This document shows, piece by piece, positions 1-15,316 of a stretch of 64,000 nucleotides of DNA (position 1 is its first letter; each line of letters starts with the position of its first letter). The position numbers and the translations under genes are program-made. The stretch spans positions 211,668,001 to 211,732,000 of the forward strand of contig OZ024741.1 of assembly GCA_964016885.1 (NCBI GenBank), written 5' to 3'. A model generated the notes under the pieces. It ran no database searches. It saw only the letters and a list, made by a program, of their open reading frames with translations, and was not told the DNA's origin. The DNA comes from Eledone cirrhosa (lineage: Eukaryota).

Positions 1-1777
1 TTCTTTAACCATCCCTGGAAACTTTTTGAAATAGTACCTAGTGCGCCTATGACAATCGGGACCACTTTGACTTCCTGGCAGTTCCAAATTCTTTTTACCT
101 CCCACTTTAAGTCCTGGTATCGGTTAATTTTCTCCCTCTCCTTCTCTTGCACTCTTGTGTCGAATGGGCAGGCCACATCCACAATCAGGCACGATATTTT
201 TTCCTTGTCCAAAACCACCAGGTCAGGTCTATTGTGTTCCAGTTTCTTGTCCATCTGTATCCTAAAATCCCACAGCACCTTCACCTGATCGTTTTCTATC
301 ACCGACTCTGGCTTATGCTCATACCACTTCTCAGAATGTGGTAAATTGTTTACTTTGCATAGGTGAGAGTGGATCACCCTGCCCATCACATCATATCTCC
401 AGCCCTTATAGTGAGTCTGGGCTAGGTGTTTACACTCGGATACAATGTGAGCCACAGTCTCCTCTCTCTCCCCCCAGATCCTGCACAGTGGGCTAGCCTC
501 CTCCTTGTAAATATGGTGTTTCAACCACTTCGTTTTGAGGGCCTGCTCTTGCGCAGCCATTAGCATTCATTCTGTAGCCTTTTTAAGGTCTCCCCTTTTC
601 AACCAGTTCCATGTCTGTGGATTTCTGAATTCAGTTTTCTCAAAGAAGGTACTATGAAGGGATTTTTCATGGAGGCTGCTCTTTCTCTTTGTTGATATTT
701 CCTCCTTGGACATCCCCTGGTCTATTGTCTTCTCCTTCAGTACAATTCTGAGCATTGGCTCCTTACTATCAGTCACGTATTTGTGTAGGTTGTTTTTTCT
801 CCATCTGAACACAGTCCTCTATGCTGATAAGACCTCTTCCACCTTCAGATCTCCTTAAGTAGAGTCTATCGACATCACTCCTCTTGTGGAACATGTTGTA
901 GATAGTCAATAGCTTCCTAGTCTTCCTATCCATTTCTTTTTGTTCAGCAACATTCCATCTCAAAAATCCCGCACTGTACCTAATAATAGACACAACTCGG
1001 GAATTTACTGCACTTATGGCATTCCTACTGTTCAGATCTGACTTTAATACGCTGCTTACACTCCGAATGTATTCAGATCTTATCAATTCCTTCATTATTT
1101 TGTTCTTGATGTAATCAACCTCCAGAACACCCAAATACTTGTATCCTTCTTCAGTGTCAATTTCTTTATCATCTCACATGTTGGTACCTGGATTTCGCTG
1201 CTTCTGCTCAATTTACCCCTCTTCATCACAAGGACTCCACACTTACTAATACCAAATTGCATACATATATCATTGCTGAAAATACGGACAGTGTCAACAA
1301 GCACATCCAACTCCTTCTCACTCTTCCCGAAGAGCTTAAGATCGTCCATGAAGAGGAGGTGATTGATGGTAAGCTCTCCCTTTCCTACACTTGTATCCTG
1401 CTCTTACTATTCGCAGTATAATGGACAGGGGCATCAGAGCAAGGACAATCAACAGAGGGGACAGACTATCTCCCTGGAAGATACCTCTCTTGATCTTCAC
1501 GCCTCCCAAGGATTCTCCAGCTGATGTCAATTCTGTTTTCCAGGACTTCATACTTTTGCCCAACAACTGTCTGATATTATCTGCCACCTTGAAGATCTCT
1601 AGGCTTTTGGTGATCCAAGATTGAGGCACCATGTCAAATGTCTTTTTGTAGTCTATCCATCCCATGGCAGACCAGTGTGTCTCCTCTTGCAATTCCTCAT
1701 TACCATCGTATCAATAAGTAACTGGTCCTTTGTACCACGGGACTTCTTTCGGCATCGTTTCTGTTCGTCCGGTAACA
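1..1777 (-). mobile_element. R4/Dong-clade non-LTR retrotransposon, family A copy 1 (5'-truncated, frameshifted, runs off window start)
   Basis: Broken ORFs carry RT motifs ([31 protein letters not shown]). Colinear with 10660-12437 at about 90% identity by eye. Ends at an (ATT)n tract. Confidence 0.93.
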
Positions 1778-1810
1778 ATTATTATTATTATTATTATTGT
1801 TATTATTATT
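1778..1810. repeat. (ATT)n microsatellite between Dong copy A1 and the Tx1 5' end
   Basis: Read directly from the sequence. Confidence 0.95.
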
Positions 1811-2022
1811 GACGAAAGTGGATGTACGTTTTTTGAAGCTCCGTGAGTAAGCAATTTTTTGAGGATTAATTGTAGAGAATTGTTTATTTTTTGTACCGCT
1901 GAAGCATTATAAGACATTAATTTGTATCCTGTGAAGGAATAACTCATAATATTTGGGCCTTTTGGCCCAAATATTTGAACTTTATTTTGAAAAAAAATAA
2001 TAATTTTTTTTCTCAAAAAAAC

Positions 2023-3935
2023 ATGGCGGAGCCACGCCCCCTAGAGGCGGGTCTGCTGTCGTGCAACGGCGACTTGAGCGTTGAGAGGAGGGGTGAGGCG
2101 AGGAGCGCCACCAGCACGAATGTGAGCAGCGACAGTGTTAGCACCAACGGGCCGAGCGGCGCGGAAGGTCGTAACAGCGACAACACCAACACCAACAAGC
2201 CGAACAGCGCAGAAGGTGGTAATAGCGAGAGCACCAACAAAACGAACAGCACAGAGAGTAATAGTAGCGACAGCAACAGCACCAACAAGGCCAACAGCAC
2301 AGAGGGTAACCACGACACAGGGGAGAACAACAACAGCAATAGCAGCAGCAACACCAACAAGAACAACAACAGTGACAACACCAACAAGAACACCTTCGCT
2401 GCTGTGGCAGCGGCTAAAAGGAGACCATGCTACAGCATCGACTTAACCAACAGAGAGGAAAAGTTGGCCCAGGCCTGGAAAATCATAAATCAAGAGCAGA
2501 CCTGGGCAAACTTAACTGTCCCGGCAGAAGCCATTGAGGCAGTGGAAAAAAGAACGGTGCATTTCAGATGCATCTCAGTAGAGACAAAGAGGGCAGCGAT
2601 AATCGCCCAAGCTGATATAGAAGCCGCACTGAAATACATGAGAGAGGACACAGACTTCATAGAGAGGGGCAGGCAATACGGCACCGTTTCGGTGCTGTTC
2701 AAGTCTGAAGCCCTCGCTGTGAAGCATTCAATGACCCCTTGCAAAACCAGCAAGGTTATAATGTACCCCTCCCACATGGGAAAACGAATAGCACGTGTGC
2801 GCATTCCCAGGATTCCACCAGGACTTGATATGTGGTGGCTCCTGGGTTGCGTAATCGTGGAAGGAACGGATACAGTCCCGGTAGAGGCAACGAGAACTGC
2901 CAGGGACGACTGGTCCGGGGTTGATCTAGAGATACTGCTCCAAATCAGACCCGAAAACGTAAAAGCAATCCCGGACCACATCCGCCTCCAAAACGGGAGG
3001 GTGTTGCATATAATGACTGAGGGCAAAAGGCCGCATTGTTTCCTTTGTGGGGAAACGACACACTTGCGAGCCTTCTGCCCTCAACTGCCGAAAAGCGCAA
3101 GGGGTCGAAAGATTCCACTGCTGGCGACGCCGGGACAAGGACCACCAGCAACACCGTCAACAATGGAACCACCAAAATTGCACACCCAGGGGGGAAACGA
3201 GGAAAGCCCCCCCCCCCCCCCGCCCACCCCCAAAATACACACACGAACAAGAACATAAACACTCACTCAGACACAAACACGCTCACAGCCACAGACCCCT
3301 CATCCTCCAGCAGTGAAGATGAGGGAAAACCAAAGTCCCCCAAAATACAAAAAACAAAACACAAAAAAAAAAGAAATCCACAAAGCACAAACACCCCCAC
3401 AAAAAAAAATACACACACCACCCACACAAACATTTTCCCCACAGCATCACCAACACAACCACCAAAATCCCCCAAACGCAAACAAGCTAAACAGACACAA
3501 GAACAAATAGACACACAAACATCAGAAACTACAGACACCCCACCCACAACAAACGCAGACACAATAGAAACAACACTAACAAAGCTATCACCACCACAAT
3601 CACACGAACAAATAAAACCCGAGCAACAAAACATTAAAAACTTCGTGCTTGCCAGAAGGGCCAACAAGGAATTGATGGCCCATGTAGCACGAAGCACAAA
3701 CATCGAAAAAGACGGGGAAACATTTGAAGCGAGCACATTTCGCGTACCAGATAATTTGCTTCTGATGCGAATGTCGCTCGCTTCATACAAAGAAATTCGA
3801 AAGAGCTTTCCTCGGGATGTGGGAACCCCGAACGTAAAACCCACGTCAAGACTATTAAAGGGGTTCCCAAAAGAAACCCCACAAACCATGGAGGTCGAAC
3901 CACCCGACCTTCACAAGACCCCGGAAGGTAAGTAA
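2023..3935 (+). CDS. Tx1/L1 ORF1 (Gag-like, CCHC zinc knuckle), split by an apparent frameshift at the C15 run 3207-3221
   Basis: ATG at 2023; S/N/T-rich N-terminus; CFLCGETTHLRAFC knuckle; the T/K/P-rich tail continues in the 3036-3935 frame. Confidence 0.8.
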
Positions 3936-3964
3936 ACCTTTCCTCTCCCATTCATCCTGCCAGC

Positions 3965-6900
3965 ATGGCCATAAGAGTAGGAAGTTTAAATGTTCGTGGC
4001 CTGGGGTCGCCCTGGAAGCAAGGTCACTTGCTCAACGACCTCAGATCACTAGGAATGGATGTAATTGCCATCAGCGAGACCAGAATTTCCGACACACGCG
4101 CACTGGCGCCGATTTTCGACGATTATCAGATCTTTGCATCTGTTAGTCGGCCGGGAATGGGAGGTGGAGTGGCTGTGCTGTTTAGGAAATGTCTGGATCT
4201 CGAGGTAAGGTCAATCTTCCGGGATCCTGACGGAAAGTTGGTGGTCCTGGACGTGAGCAATAGCGAAGGTGGTGCCTTTAGACTGGTGGCCGTCTACGCC
4301 CCTACTGGGGCCGGTCGGCCGGACTTCTTTAGGCGCCTGGAAAACTTTCTGCTTACGTCTTGCCCTTTACTGTTAATAGGGGATTGGAATGGCATCTTAG
4401 AAGCACGCTGGGATTGTGTGGGAGTATCTGATAGGAGCGGGGGGTGCAAAAGCCTCAAGTACCTGATCAGCCAGTTTCAACTGTCTGACAGGTACCGACT
4501 AGATTTCCCTAATGCGCCAGTATGGACCTGGACCAATCGCATAGGGTCATCTAGATCGTACATAGATAGGATTTTCATTAGGAAAAGAGATAGAAATAGT
4601 GTAGGATGTCCACATTTTAAAACGGTTGCCTATTCAGATCACAAGCTTGTGATCTGTATGGTCGACCTAGATAAGACACGTAGGTTAGGACCTAGCTACT
4701 GGAAGCTAAACATGTCGTTTCCGGCACGTAAAGCTTACAGGGGCCGGGTCAACAACTTAGTTAAGCAAAAGTTGACAGGGGGGGTTGTCAACAACAGGTG
4801 GTGGGGGGCACTCAAAAGAGAGATTAGAGCAACCTCGATAGGATTTAGCAAAGAAGTAGCAATAGAGAAAAATAGAAAGGAGGAGGGGCTGATAGCTAAG
4901 TTAGACGAGGCTATTTGTAGTGGCATTGCAACAGACGTGCTAGCGGCGAGAATGGCACTAGACCATTTCTTCAATGCGAAACACGAAGGTTGCATTGTCA
5001 GAGCTAAGGCGCGTGCTCTGAGGAACGAGGGAACCAAAGCTGCCCGATGGGCTCGCTTTGCAGAGACGCAGCGTGGAAATAAAACCACAATTCGGTCTTT
5101 GACGGATCGAGATGGACACGAACTGAGCGATTCCAAGCAGATGTGTGAGGCCTTTCGCCAGCACTTTGCTCGATTGTTCGGGAGGATGGGTGAGTCGGAG
5201 ACGGCGGCGGACTTCAGTCCCTACCTCGACGGCTTGCCACGCCTCTCGACGGCCGACGCTGAGCGCTGCGAAGAGCCGATAACATCAGTCGAAATTCAGG
5301 ACGCCCTTGTCGGCTGCTCGAGTCGCAAGTCACCCGGTTTGGATGGTCTGCCCTACGAGCTTTACGTAAATATGCCAGACTTGTTCTCCGATCTCCTCGA
5401 AGCGCTCTACTGCAACTGGCAGCAGAACGGGAGCATTCCCAGTTCTGTGAGCCGTGGCGTAGTGACGCTGATAAGGAAAGACGAGAACAAGAGGGACACA
5501 CTAGATAATTTCAGGCCCATAACCCTGCTCAACACAGAGTTTAAAATTTTGGCCAAGGTGTTAGTGAAAAGGTTGGCGCTTGTCGTCAAAGATTTGGTTG
5601 GGGAGGCGCAAACTTGCGCAATCCCGACCAGGTCCATACACGACAACCTCCACCTCATGCGATACATCATAGAGAGGGTTGGGTGCAAACCTGGCTTCGG
5701 TGGGGCTCTGATCAATTTAGATCAATCGAAAGCATTCGATAGGGTCGACCATCGGTACTTGGAGGCTGTCCTCGAGGCGGCTGGCTTCGGCCCCGTCTTC
5801 AGAAGCTGGATCGCTGCAATGTACAGCGGCATCTGCTCGGTGGTCAAAGTTAATGGCCACCTCTCGGAACCGTTTCAGATCTCTCGATCGGTCCGTCAAG
5901 GGTGCCCTCTCTCCTCACTTCTGTACGTATTGACTCTTGAGCCTCTACTGCGGAAGCTGGAGTTGTTGCAGGGCATCCCGCTCGAACCGGGACGCAGAAA
6001 GGCTGCGTCCGCTTATGCGGACGACATCACCGTGATGGTGTCGGACACCTCGGAAATCGAGGTGATCCGCACCCATTTGGAGGAATATGAAAGGTTGACG
6101 GGAGCAAAACTTAACCCGGAAAAGTCGGTGGGCTTGCAGCTCGGCACCTGGAGAGGCAAGTCCATGCCGTCCAACAGCGTCGTTGGGCGCTGGACAGACG
6201 GACCGGTAAAGTTGCTCGGGGTTTGGTTCGGACCAGACCTCCAGGTGGATAAGAATTGGGACGAGGTGACGAGCAGGATAGCCAACCTCACCCAGAAATG
6301 GGCTGAGAGAAAGCTATCACTGAAAGGGCGGGCGGAGGTGGCGAACGCGTACATCGCGTCCGTCATCTACTACCGCCTGACCGTCGTGCCTTGCCCCCGT
6401 CCACGCCTCGCCAATTTGGAACGGCTCCTTTTCAAATTTTTGTGGAGGGGACGGGTCCCGTTGGTGAGGCGGTCCATCTGCTGCCAGTACCCTCTTCGTG
6501 GAGGGCTGGGCATGCCGTGGCTAATGATGCGCAGACATGCGCTGAGGCTGCGACATCTCCAGATATTTTGCCTAAACGGTGAACAGGTGTGGTCGCCGTT
6601 TGTTAGACGGGCCTTTCCGCAGCTCATCTCTTTGACTGAGCTGCAGTCCTGGGTCAAGAAGAGACCGAGACTGGGCGACTGGCATCTGGAATGTTGCCAG
6701 GCGCTCACTGCACTCTGCAAGGTGGGCAATGCGGTCAGTGGAACTTCCACTCAAGATTTCTATAAAGGATTAGTGGAGGGCAAGTGCGATGACGTACTAG
6801 GAGAGGCTCTGGGCGTCAACGAAGTAGAACTGACCAGTATGTTCCGGAGGACTTTCGAGCCGGGGACGATAGATAACTTCCAGAAATCCCTCGCTTGGCA

Positions 6901-7384
6901 GTGCTACCGGGGGGCGCTGCCGGTTCGGGATAAACTCTACAGGCACGGAAGTGCTGTCAGACGAACCTGCCCGAGATGCGCGCAGAGCGACGAAACCGTT
7001 CTGCACGCACTCGTCCAGTGTCCGTGCATTGCTGACTTGTGGGGTTATGTCGAACAGCTATTGTCGCGTGTAGAACGGATCCGGCTATCGTCCGAGTCCA
7101 TAGTGAAGATTGACCCGCCGCCTTCTTTTGGTCAGGAAGGGCAGGCAATTTTCCTCTGCCTGGTGGCAGTAGCGAAAGAGGTTGCATGGTGGACCAGGTT
7201 GAAAGGACTGAAGACAGACACTTTTCTCTTCGGCCAATCCCTCATCAACTTCTTCAAGTTTCACTTGGAAAGGAAGGTGAGGGTGGAGAGAGAAGTGCTG
7301 CCCCCCAGTACATTTACTGAAAGGTGGGTGAATGTGGCGAGAATGGCCCGCGTGAGTGGGCCTACTCTGATCATGCGCCTGTAG
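3965..7384 (+). CDS. Tx1/L1 ORF2: APE endonuclease + reverse transcriptase + C-terminal Zn motif, intact 1139 aa
   Basis: APE motifs GSLNVRGL, VYAP, GDWN, IDRIF, SDH. RT motifs SPGLDGL, FRPITLLNTEFKI, LDQSKAFDRV, RQGCPLS, YADD. Zn motif CPRCAQSDETVLHALVQC. Confidence 0.97.
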   Translation: MAIRVGSLNVRGLGSPWKQGHLLNDLRSLGMDVIAISETRISDTRALAPIFDDYQIFASVSRPGMGGGVAVLFRKCLDLEVRSIFRDPDGKLVVLDVSNSEGGAFRLVAVYAPTGAGRPDFFRRLENFLLTSCPLLLIGDWNGILEARWDCVGVSDRSGGCKSLKYLISQFQLSDRYRLDFPNAPVWTWTNRIGSSRSYIDRIFIRKRDRNSVGCPHFKTVAYSDHKLVICMVDLDKTRRLGPSYWKLNMSFPARKAYRGRVNNLVKQKLTGGVVNNRWWGALKREIRATSIGFSKEVAIEKNRKEEGLIAKLDEAICSGIATDVLAARMALDHFFNAKHEGCIVRAKARALRNEGTKAARWARFAETQRGNKTTIRSLTDRDGHELSDSKQMCEAFRQHFARLFGRMGESETAADFSPYLDGLPRLSTADAERCEEPITSVEIQDALVGCSSRKSPGLDGLPYELYVNMPDLFSDLLEALYCNWQQNGSIPSSVSRGVVTLIRKDENKRDTLDNFRPITLLNTEFKILAKVLVKRLALVVKDLVGEAQTCAIPTRSIHDNLHLMRYIIERVGCKPGFGGALINLDQSKAFDRVDHRYLEAVLEAAGFGPVFRSWIAAMYSGICSVVKVNGHLSEPFQISRSVRQGCPLSSLLYVLTLEPLLRKLELLQGIPLEPGRRKAASAYADDITVMVSDTSEIEVIRTHLEEYERLTGAKLNPEKSVGLQLGTWRGKSMPSNSVVGRWTDGPVKLLGVWFGPDLQVDKNWDEVTSRIANLTQKWAERKLSLKGRAEVANAYIASVIYYRLTVVPCPRPRLANLERLLFKFLWRGRVPLVRRSICCQYPLRGGLGMPWLMMRRHALRLRHLQIFCLNGEQVWSPFVRRAFPQLISLTELQSWVKKRPRLGDWHLECCQALTALCKVGNAVSGTSTQDFYKGLVEGKCDDVLGEALGVNEVELTSMFRRTFEPGTIDNFQKSLAWQCYRGALPVRDKLYRHGSAVRRTCPRCAQSDETVLHALVQCPCIADLWGYVEQLLSRVERIRLSSESIVKIDPPPSFGQEGQAIFLCLVAVAKEVAWWTRLKGLKTDTFLFGQSLINFFKFHLERKVRVEREVLPPSTFTERWVNVARMARVSGPTLIMRL

Positions 7385-7635
7385 GCTGGTGAATTCGAGA
7401 AGGAGAGGAGTGCCCTTCCCGGGTGCCCTAGGAGCGTCGGGTGGCTCAGGACTGGTGGGGTGCTTGAGTCAACCCTGGGTGGTGATCCCTCTTATTGGGG
7501 AACTTTCATTGTTGTATTTTTATTGTTATTTTGTTTTTTGTTATTTATACTTACTCGATCTCTATGTAAACCCCACTGTCCCTGTCTATTGTGTTGTCCC
7601 CTATATGTCGGCCCTTGTGGCCAATAAATGAAATC

Positions 7636-7657
7636 ATTATTATTATTATTATTATTA
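7636..7657. repeat. (ATT)n microsatellite 3' of the Tx1 element
   Basis: Read directly from the sequence. Confidence 0.95.
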
Positions 7658-7660
7658 CAG

Positions 7661-7693
7661 TTGCATTTATCTTGCTTTATGTTCATACGAGTT
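7661..7693 (-). mobile_element. Isolated 3'-terminal ~33 bp of Dong family B
   Basis: ttgcatttatcttgctttatgttcatacgagtt matches 8859-8891 with one mismatch. Confidence 0.85.
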
Positions 7694-8824
7694 TGTTCCG
7701 CCTCAGGGATCAAGTCGTTGCCTCTTTCTTTCCCTTCAAGCTGTCCAAACAGCATCTTCTGGTTGTTGTCGAACATGCGGTTCTGTCTATACTGGCTGAC
7801 TCTGTTCTCGTATCGCCTGATTTTTGCACTTTTTGCTACAATGCGTTGCTTCAGTTCCACTATGATAATATTTAGCTTTTTCCTCCTAGTTTTGTACTTT
7901 ATTTCCAGTCTATTTTTAATGTCTATGTTTTTCAGTGTCCCATTCAGTAGGGACTCAAGCTTTCCAATGTCATTTCTCATTTACCTGATTTGACCACTCA
8001 GCCGTTTCTTCCACCAAGGCTCTGCTCTTTCTTGTCTGTGGTTTCCTCTCGCTTTTATACCAAGTAGTTTCCTCACCGTATTTGCTGTTGCTTTGATGAT
8101 ATTGTTGCACTGGTGAAGGCTCCTTGCCTCAAGGTATGGGACGACTTTGTTTACCTTAGCTGTTGTTTCTTTTAACTTTTTCCTGTCTACAAATCTTAGG
8201 TTCATAGGTCTCCCACTATCATTGTTCAATTCATCTACCACTAAGTTTAGGATATCTACCAAATCTTGTCCTAGCCCGTCAGCATTCATCTCCTCAGTGG
8301 CCGTATCTCTATTCCAGGTATTATTTATTTCAGCATTCAGATCATTGTCTGTTTCGGGTGGTTCCTCCGTTCTCTCGACCTCTTCACCTTCATTTCCCAC
8401 TGGCTCGTTTGCCTGGCATACTCCACCCTCCATCTCCAAGCTAATCTCTCTGCCCAGTTCCTCCAGTTCCAGCTCGCTTATCCACCCATTAGTTCTTATT
8501 ACCCGAGCCTGCCCGGCCAGTTTTTGTTCATCTAATTTAAATGTACCAATCTCGTTCCAGATGTTATGCATCCTTTTCCTATAGCCTTTCTCCTTGGGGT
8601 TACTCTTCAGATAACATTGCATAACAGTTATATTCAATTCTTTCGTCCAGTTGGTTCTGGTCCTATTCCTTCTTCTTCTTCCTCCGATACCAGCAGTATT
8701 TGGTTGACAGCCAGGTCCCTGCTGCTGAGCCAGGGAGCACCTGTTGGGTGAGAGTCTGTCACATGACATTCTAGTCTCCATTTCACCGTTATTCGAACTG
8801 TTAGGGTTCGACATTTAAACACTC
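7694..8824 (-). mobile_element. 5' portion of Dong family A (N-terminal domain), one in-frame stop at 7981-7983
   Basis: ORF from ATG 8814 contains the R4/Dong N-terminal motif (WTKELNITVMQCY...GYRKRMHNIW...EQKLAGQARVI). 7694-7820 is near-identical to 12876-13004. Confidence 0.88.

Positions 8825-8858
<34 letters not shown>
8825..8858. repeat. (TTA)n microsatellite
   Basis: Read directly from the sequence. Confidence 0.95.
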
Positions 8859-8859
<1 letters not shown>

Positions 8860-10463
8860 TGCATTTATCTTGCTTTATGTTTATACGAGTTATCACCAAG
8901 TCACAAACAGTGACCTCAAGAGACAACAAGGTCCGCCATGTTCAAGAAAGAACACACATATTCACACATGCATCCTTAGTGTTTAGACTTGTGATGTACT
9001 TATATTGACAGGATCTTCCTTAGTATATGGGCAGTTCCCATTAGTACTATCTTTTGTATTTCTCCTATACGCGGGTTTCCTGGGATTTGCGATAAGTAGT
9101 CGTTAGACCCCTTAGGTATCATTCCCAGAGCGCCTACAACCACTGGTATTGTTTTAGTTCTCAATTTCCACATTTTTCCAATTTCTATCTCCAGGTCCTT
9201 ATACTTGCTCAATTTTTCAAATGTTTTTATAGATACATTCTTGTCTATTGGAACAGACATATCAATTAGCAGGCATGCCCTCCTTTGAAAGTCCTTCAAT
9301 ATTATATCAGGTCTATTTGCATCTATTTTTCGGTCTGTTTGGATGCTAAAGTTCCACAAGATTGAGATGTGATCTTTTGCAAGTATGGGAGGTGGTTGAT
9401 GCTCCCACCAATTCTTTTGATGGGGCAGGTCAAAATGCTTACACATTATCCAATGTATGTATTGTGCAGCTCTGTCATGCCTGTTTAGGTATTCGGTTGG
9501 AGCTATAGGACTGCACATTGAAATTATATGGTCAATGGTCTCTGGTTGTTTTTTGCATACACGGCATAATGGGCTGCACCCATTTTTTATTATGTTGGCT
9601 TGGTAATTTTTTGTTGGCAGACACTGATCTTGTGCGGATATAATCAGTCCTTCAGTCTCCGATTTCAGTCCAGAGGATGCCAACCACTGATGGGTTAAAG
9701 TTTTGTCAACATCAGGATTGTTAGCTCGCTCTGGGTATTTTCCATACAGAGGCTTTTCTTGCCATTTCTTAGCCAGTTTCTGTAGCAGTTCTTTCTTTGC
9801 AGTTACTTTTACCTGCTTTGCTTTTTCTGTGTTTTCCATTTCAGCAGTAAATGGGACTTCTGAAATTTGTAGTCCATTACTGTAACTTTGTGCATCTTTT
9901 GTAATGGAATATGATCTTTTGGTGCTTTCGTGTTTCAAAACGAGTTTGATCATCCAATCATGTGATTCCCTTAGATATGTGGATAATCCAATTGTTGCAG
10001 TTTTCAACGCAATGTCTAACTGGATTAACCCACGTCCTCCTTCTTTCCTAGGGAGATATATTCTATCTATGTCTGCCTTAGGGTGATGCATTCTGTGCAT
10101 GGTTAAGAATTTTCGGATTTTTGTATCGAGCCTACGGATCTCTGTGCTTGACCAGTTGATGACATTGTAACTGTAGGTTACTACTGGTATGGCAAGCGTT
10201 TTTATGGCATCGATCCTATTCCTTGCATTCAATTCCGTTCTTAAGATTGCTCTGACTCTGCGGTAACATTCCTTCCTTATCCTTTCCCTCATTGTCGAGT
10301 GCTTGATTCCGTCTCCTTCACAAACACCTAGATATTTGTAAGTTTGTTCTTGATCAAGCTCTCTTATCACGTTCCCCCGATCAAGATTAATGTCTGAACT
10401 CTTCAGCAGCTTTCCTCTGGTGAACGTTGCTTTGGCGCATTTATCCAGTCCAAACTCCATTTT
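8859..10463 (-). mobile_element. R4/Dong-clade element family B, 5'-truncated, ORF open to its stop at 9000
   Basis: MEFGLDKCA, YKYLG, LYLPRKEGGRGL-type motif, CRVC..ETIDHIISMC, RHD, RPD..D..K..KY restriction-like endonuclease. Has its own 3'UTR, unlike family A. Confidence 0.93.
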
Positions 10464-10497
10464 TATTATTATTATTATTATTATTGTTATTGCTATT

Positions 10498-13797
<3,300 letters not shown>

Positions 13798-13865
13798 GTA
13801 CCCATAAATATATATATATATATATACGTTTTTCCGTGTTGACTCAATACATTGCAGAGTATAAA

Positions 13866-13993
13866 AGTTTTAATATGGATGAGATTCTACAGGACTAGAA
13901 GTGTTTCATTCTTTAGAAATCATCAGTGATTCCTGATGATTTCTAAAGACGGAAACAGTTCTAGTCCTGTAGAATCTCATCTATATTAAAACT
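13866..13993. mobile_element. Fold-back (inverted repeat) PLE-type mini-element between (TA)n tracts
   Basis: ~60-bp arms around a 6-bp spacer (tgattc). A partial copy lies at 28503-28556. Confidence 0.8.
13928..13976 (+). ncRNA. Type I hammerhead ribozyme motif
   Basis: Stem I GATTC/GAATC; CTGATGA; short imperfect stem II; GAAA; stem III ACAG/CTGT; GUA cleavage triplet. Confidence 0.7.
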
Positions 13994-14336
<343 letters not shown>

Positions 14337-14779
14337 AGTGGAAGCTCAGTAAAATCGAAGCTTTGGCTGTGGCCAAGCAAAGTCGACCTACAATAAGGAA
14401 TGAGTTAGCAAAGCACTCAATAAAGGTAGGTCCTTAGAGTAATAACATACGTTTAAATGGCTTGACTAATTGAACATTGCGGTAGGCAAAACTCAACCAC
14501 ACAATACCAAAGTAACGAAAGAACTAACAGGTTAAAAGATACACCTGTACAAATCAAATATATTTATCGTAGAAACGTGTCATTGACTTCGAAGTTTCAG
14601 GTTCGTAGCTTTACCTGATTTCGGTCAGGTGGCGAAACTAAATATATACGTATTAGCATTCTGAATTTGAATGGGAGTGTTGCGTTTGCATCACGTCAAA
14701 TCATAAAGTAAGCACTCCACATTTTTTCTATGATAATACACGATGCAATATTGTCATACAAATTAACACTAAGGCTGTG

Positions 14780-15090
14780 TTGTGTCACATTTAGAGTAAG
14801 AAGGAGCAGATATTGCAACCGCCTGGGGTTCAAAGGCTCTTAACTCTTGAATAAGCTGCCATGAAATTTTAGAGATAGGCATGGTGTGGATGAGGATGTT
14901 TTGAAGAAATATTTTGACACTCTCCTCTCCAGGATGCCTGATGAGCCCACAGCACAGTAGAAAGGTAATCTAAGGGCAGCAGCAAAGAACTCCCCCATTC
15001 ATCAAAGGCCAGCCAACGCAAGCTAGATATATAACGTGTAGCAACAAGAACGGTGCTCCAGCATGGCCTCAGGTAAGAGAATAAAACAAA
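14780..15090 (+). mobile_element. Degenerate 3' end of a CR1-group LINE
   Basis: Manual translation YCNRLGFKGS*LLNKLP*NFRDRHGVDEDVLKKYFDTLLSRMPDEP...RAAAKNSPIHQ resembles CR1-type ORF2 C-termini. Confidence 0.65.
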
Positions 15091-15125
15091 TACATATCTA
15101 TATATTCACATACATATACATATTA

Positions 15126-15228
15126 TAGAGGGTATCCCAAAACATGTATATACACGTTGACTACTTGTACAGACAATATTTATTAGAATGCTGTTGGCGT
15201 GTGTATATATTTATTTGGGACACCTTAT
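15126..15228. mobile_element. Tc1/mariner-type MITE
   Basis: Imperfect TIRs (gagggtatcccaaaa...tatacacg / cgtgtgtata...tttgggacacctt) flanked by TA. Confidence 0.6.
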
Positions 15229-15316
15229 ATATATATATATATATATATTAGAAAGTGAGGTTTTTTTTTTTTTTTACAAAATGAAAAATAACCGAGGTGT
15301 CCTACACGAGTGAAAG

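Larger units (their letters stand above)
1811..7635 (+). mobile_element. Full-length L1/Tx1-clade non-LTR retrotransposon
   Basis: 5'UTR, ORF1, ORF2 and a 3'UTR ending AATAAA-TGAAATC. Flanked on both sides by (ATT)n. Confidence 0.93.

Noticed and set aside
14581-14630. Possible minus-strand hammerhead (CTGACCGA...AGGT/ACCT-GAAAC-TTCGAA-GTC)
   Set aside because: The core has an extra base and no stem I pairing was found; at best a broken remnant.
14938-14945. CTGATGAG hammerhead-like core
   Set aside because: It is the PDE codons of the CR1 remnant, with no supporting stems.
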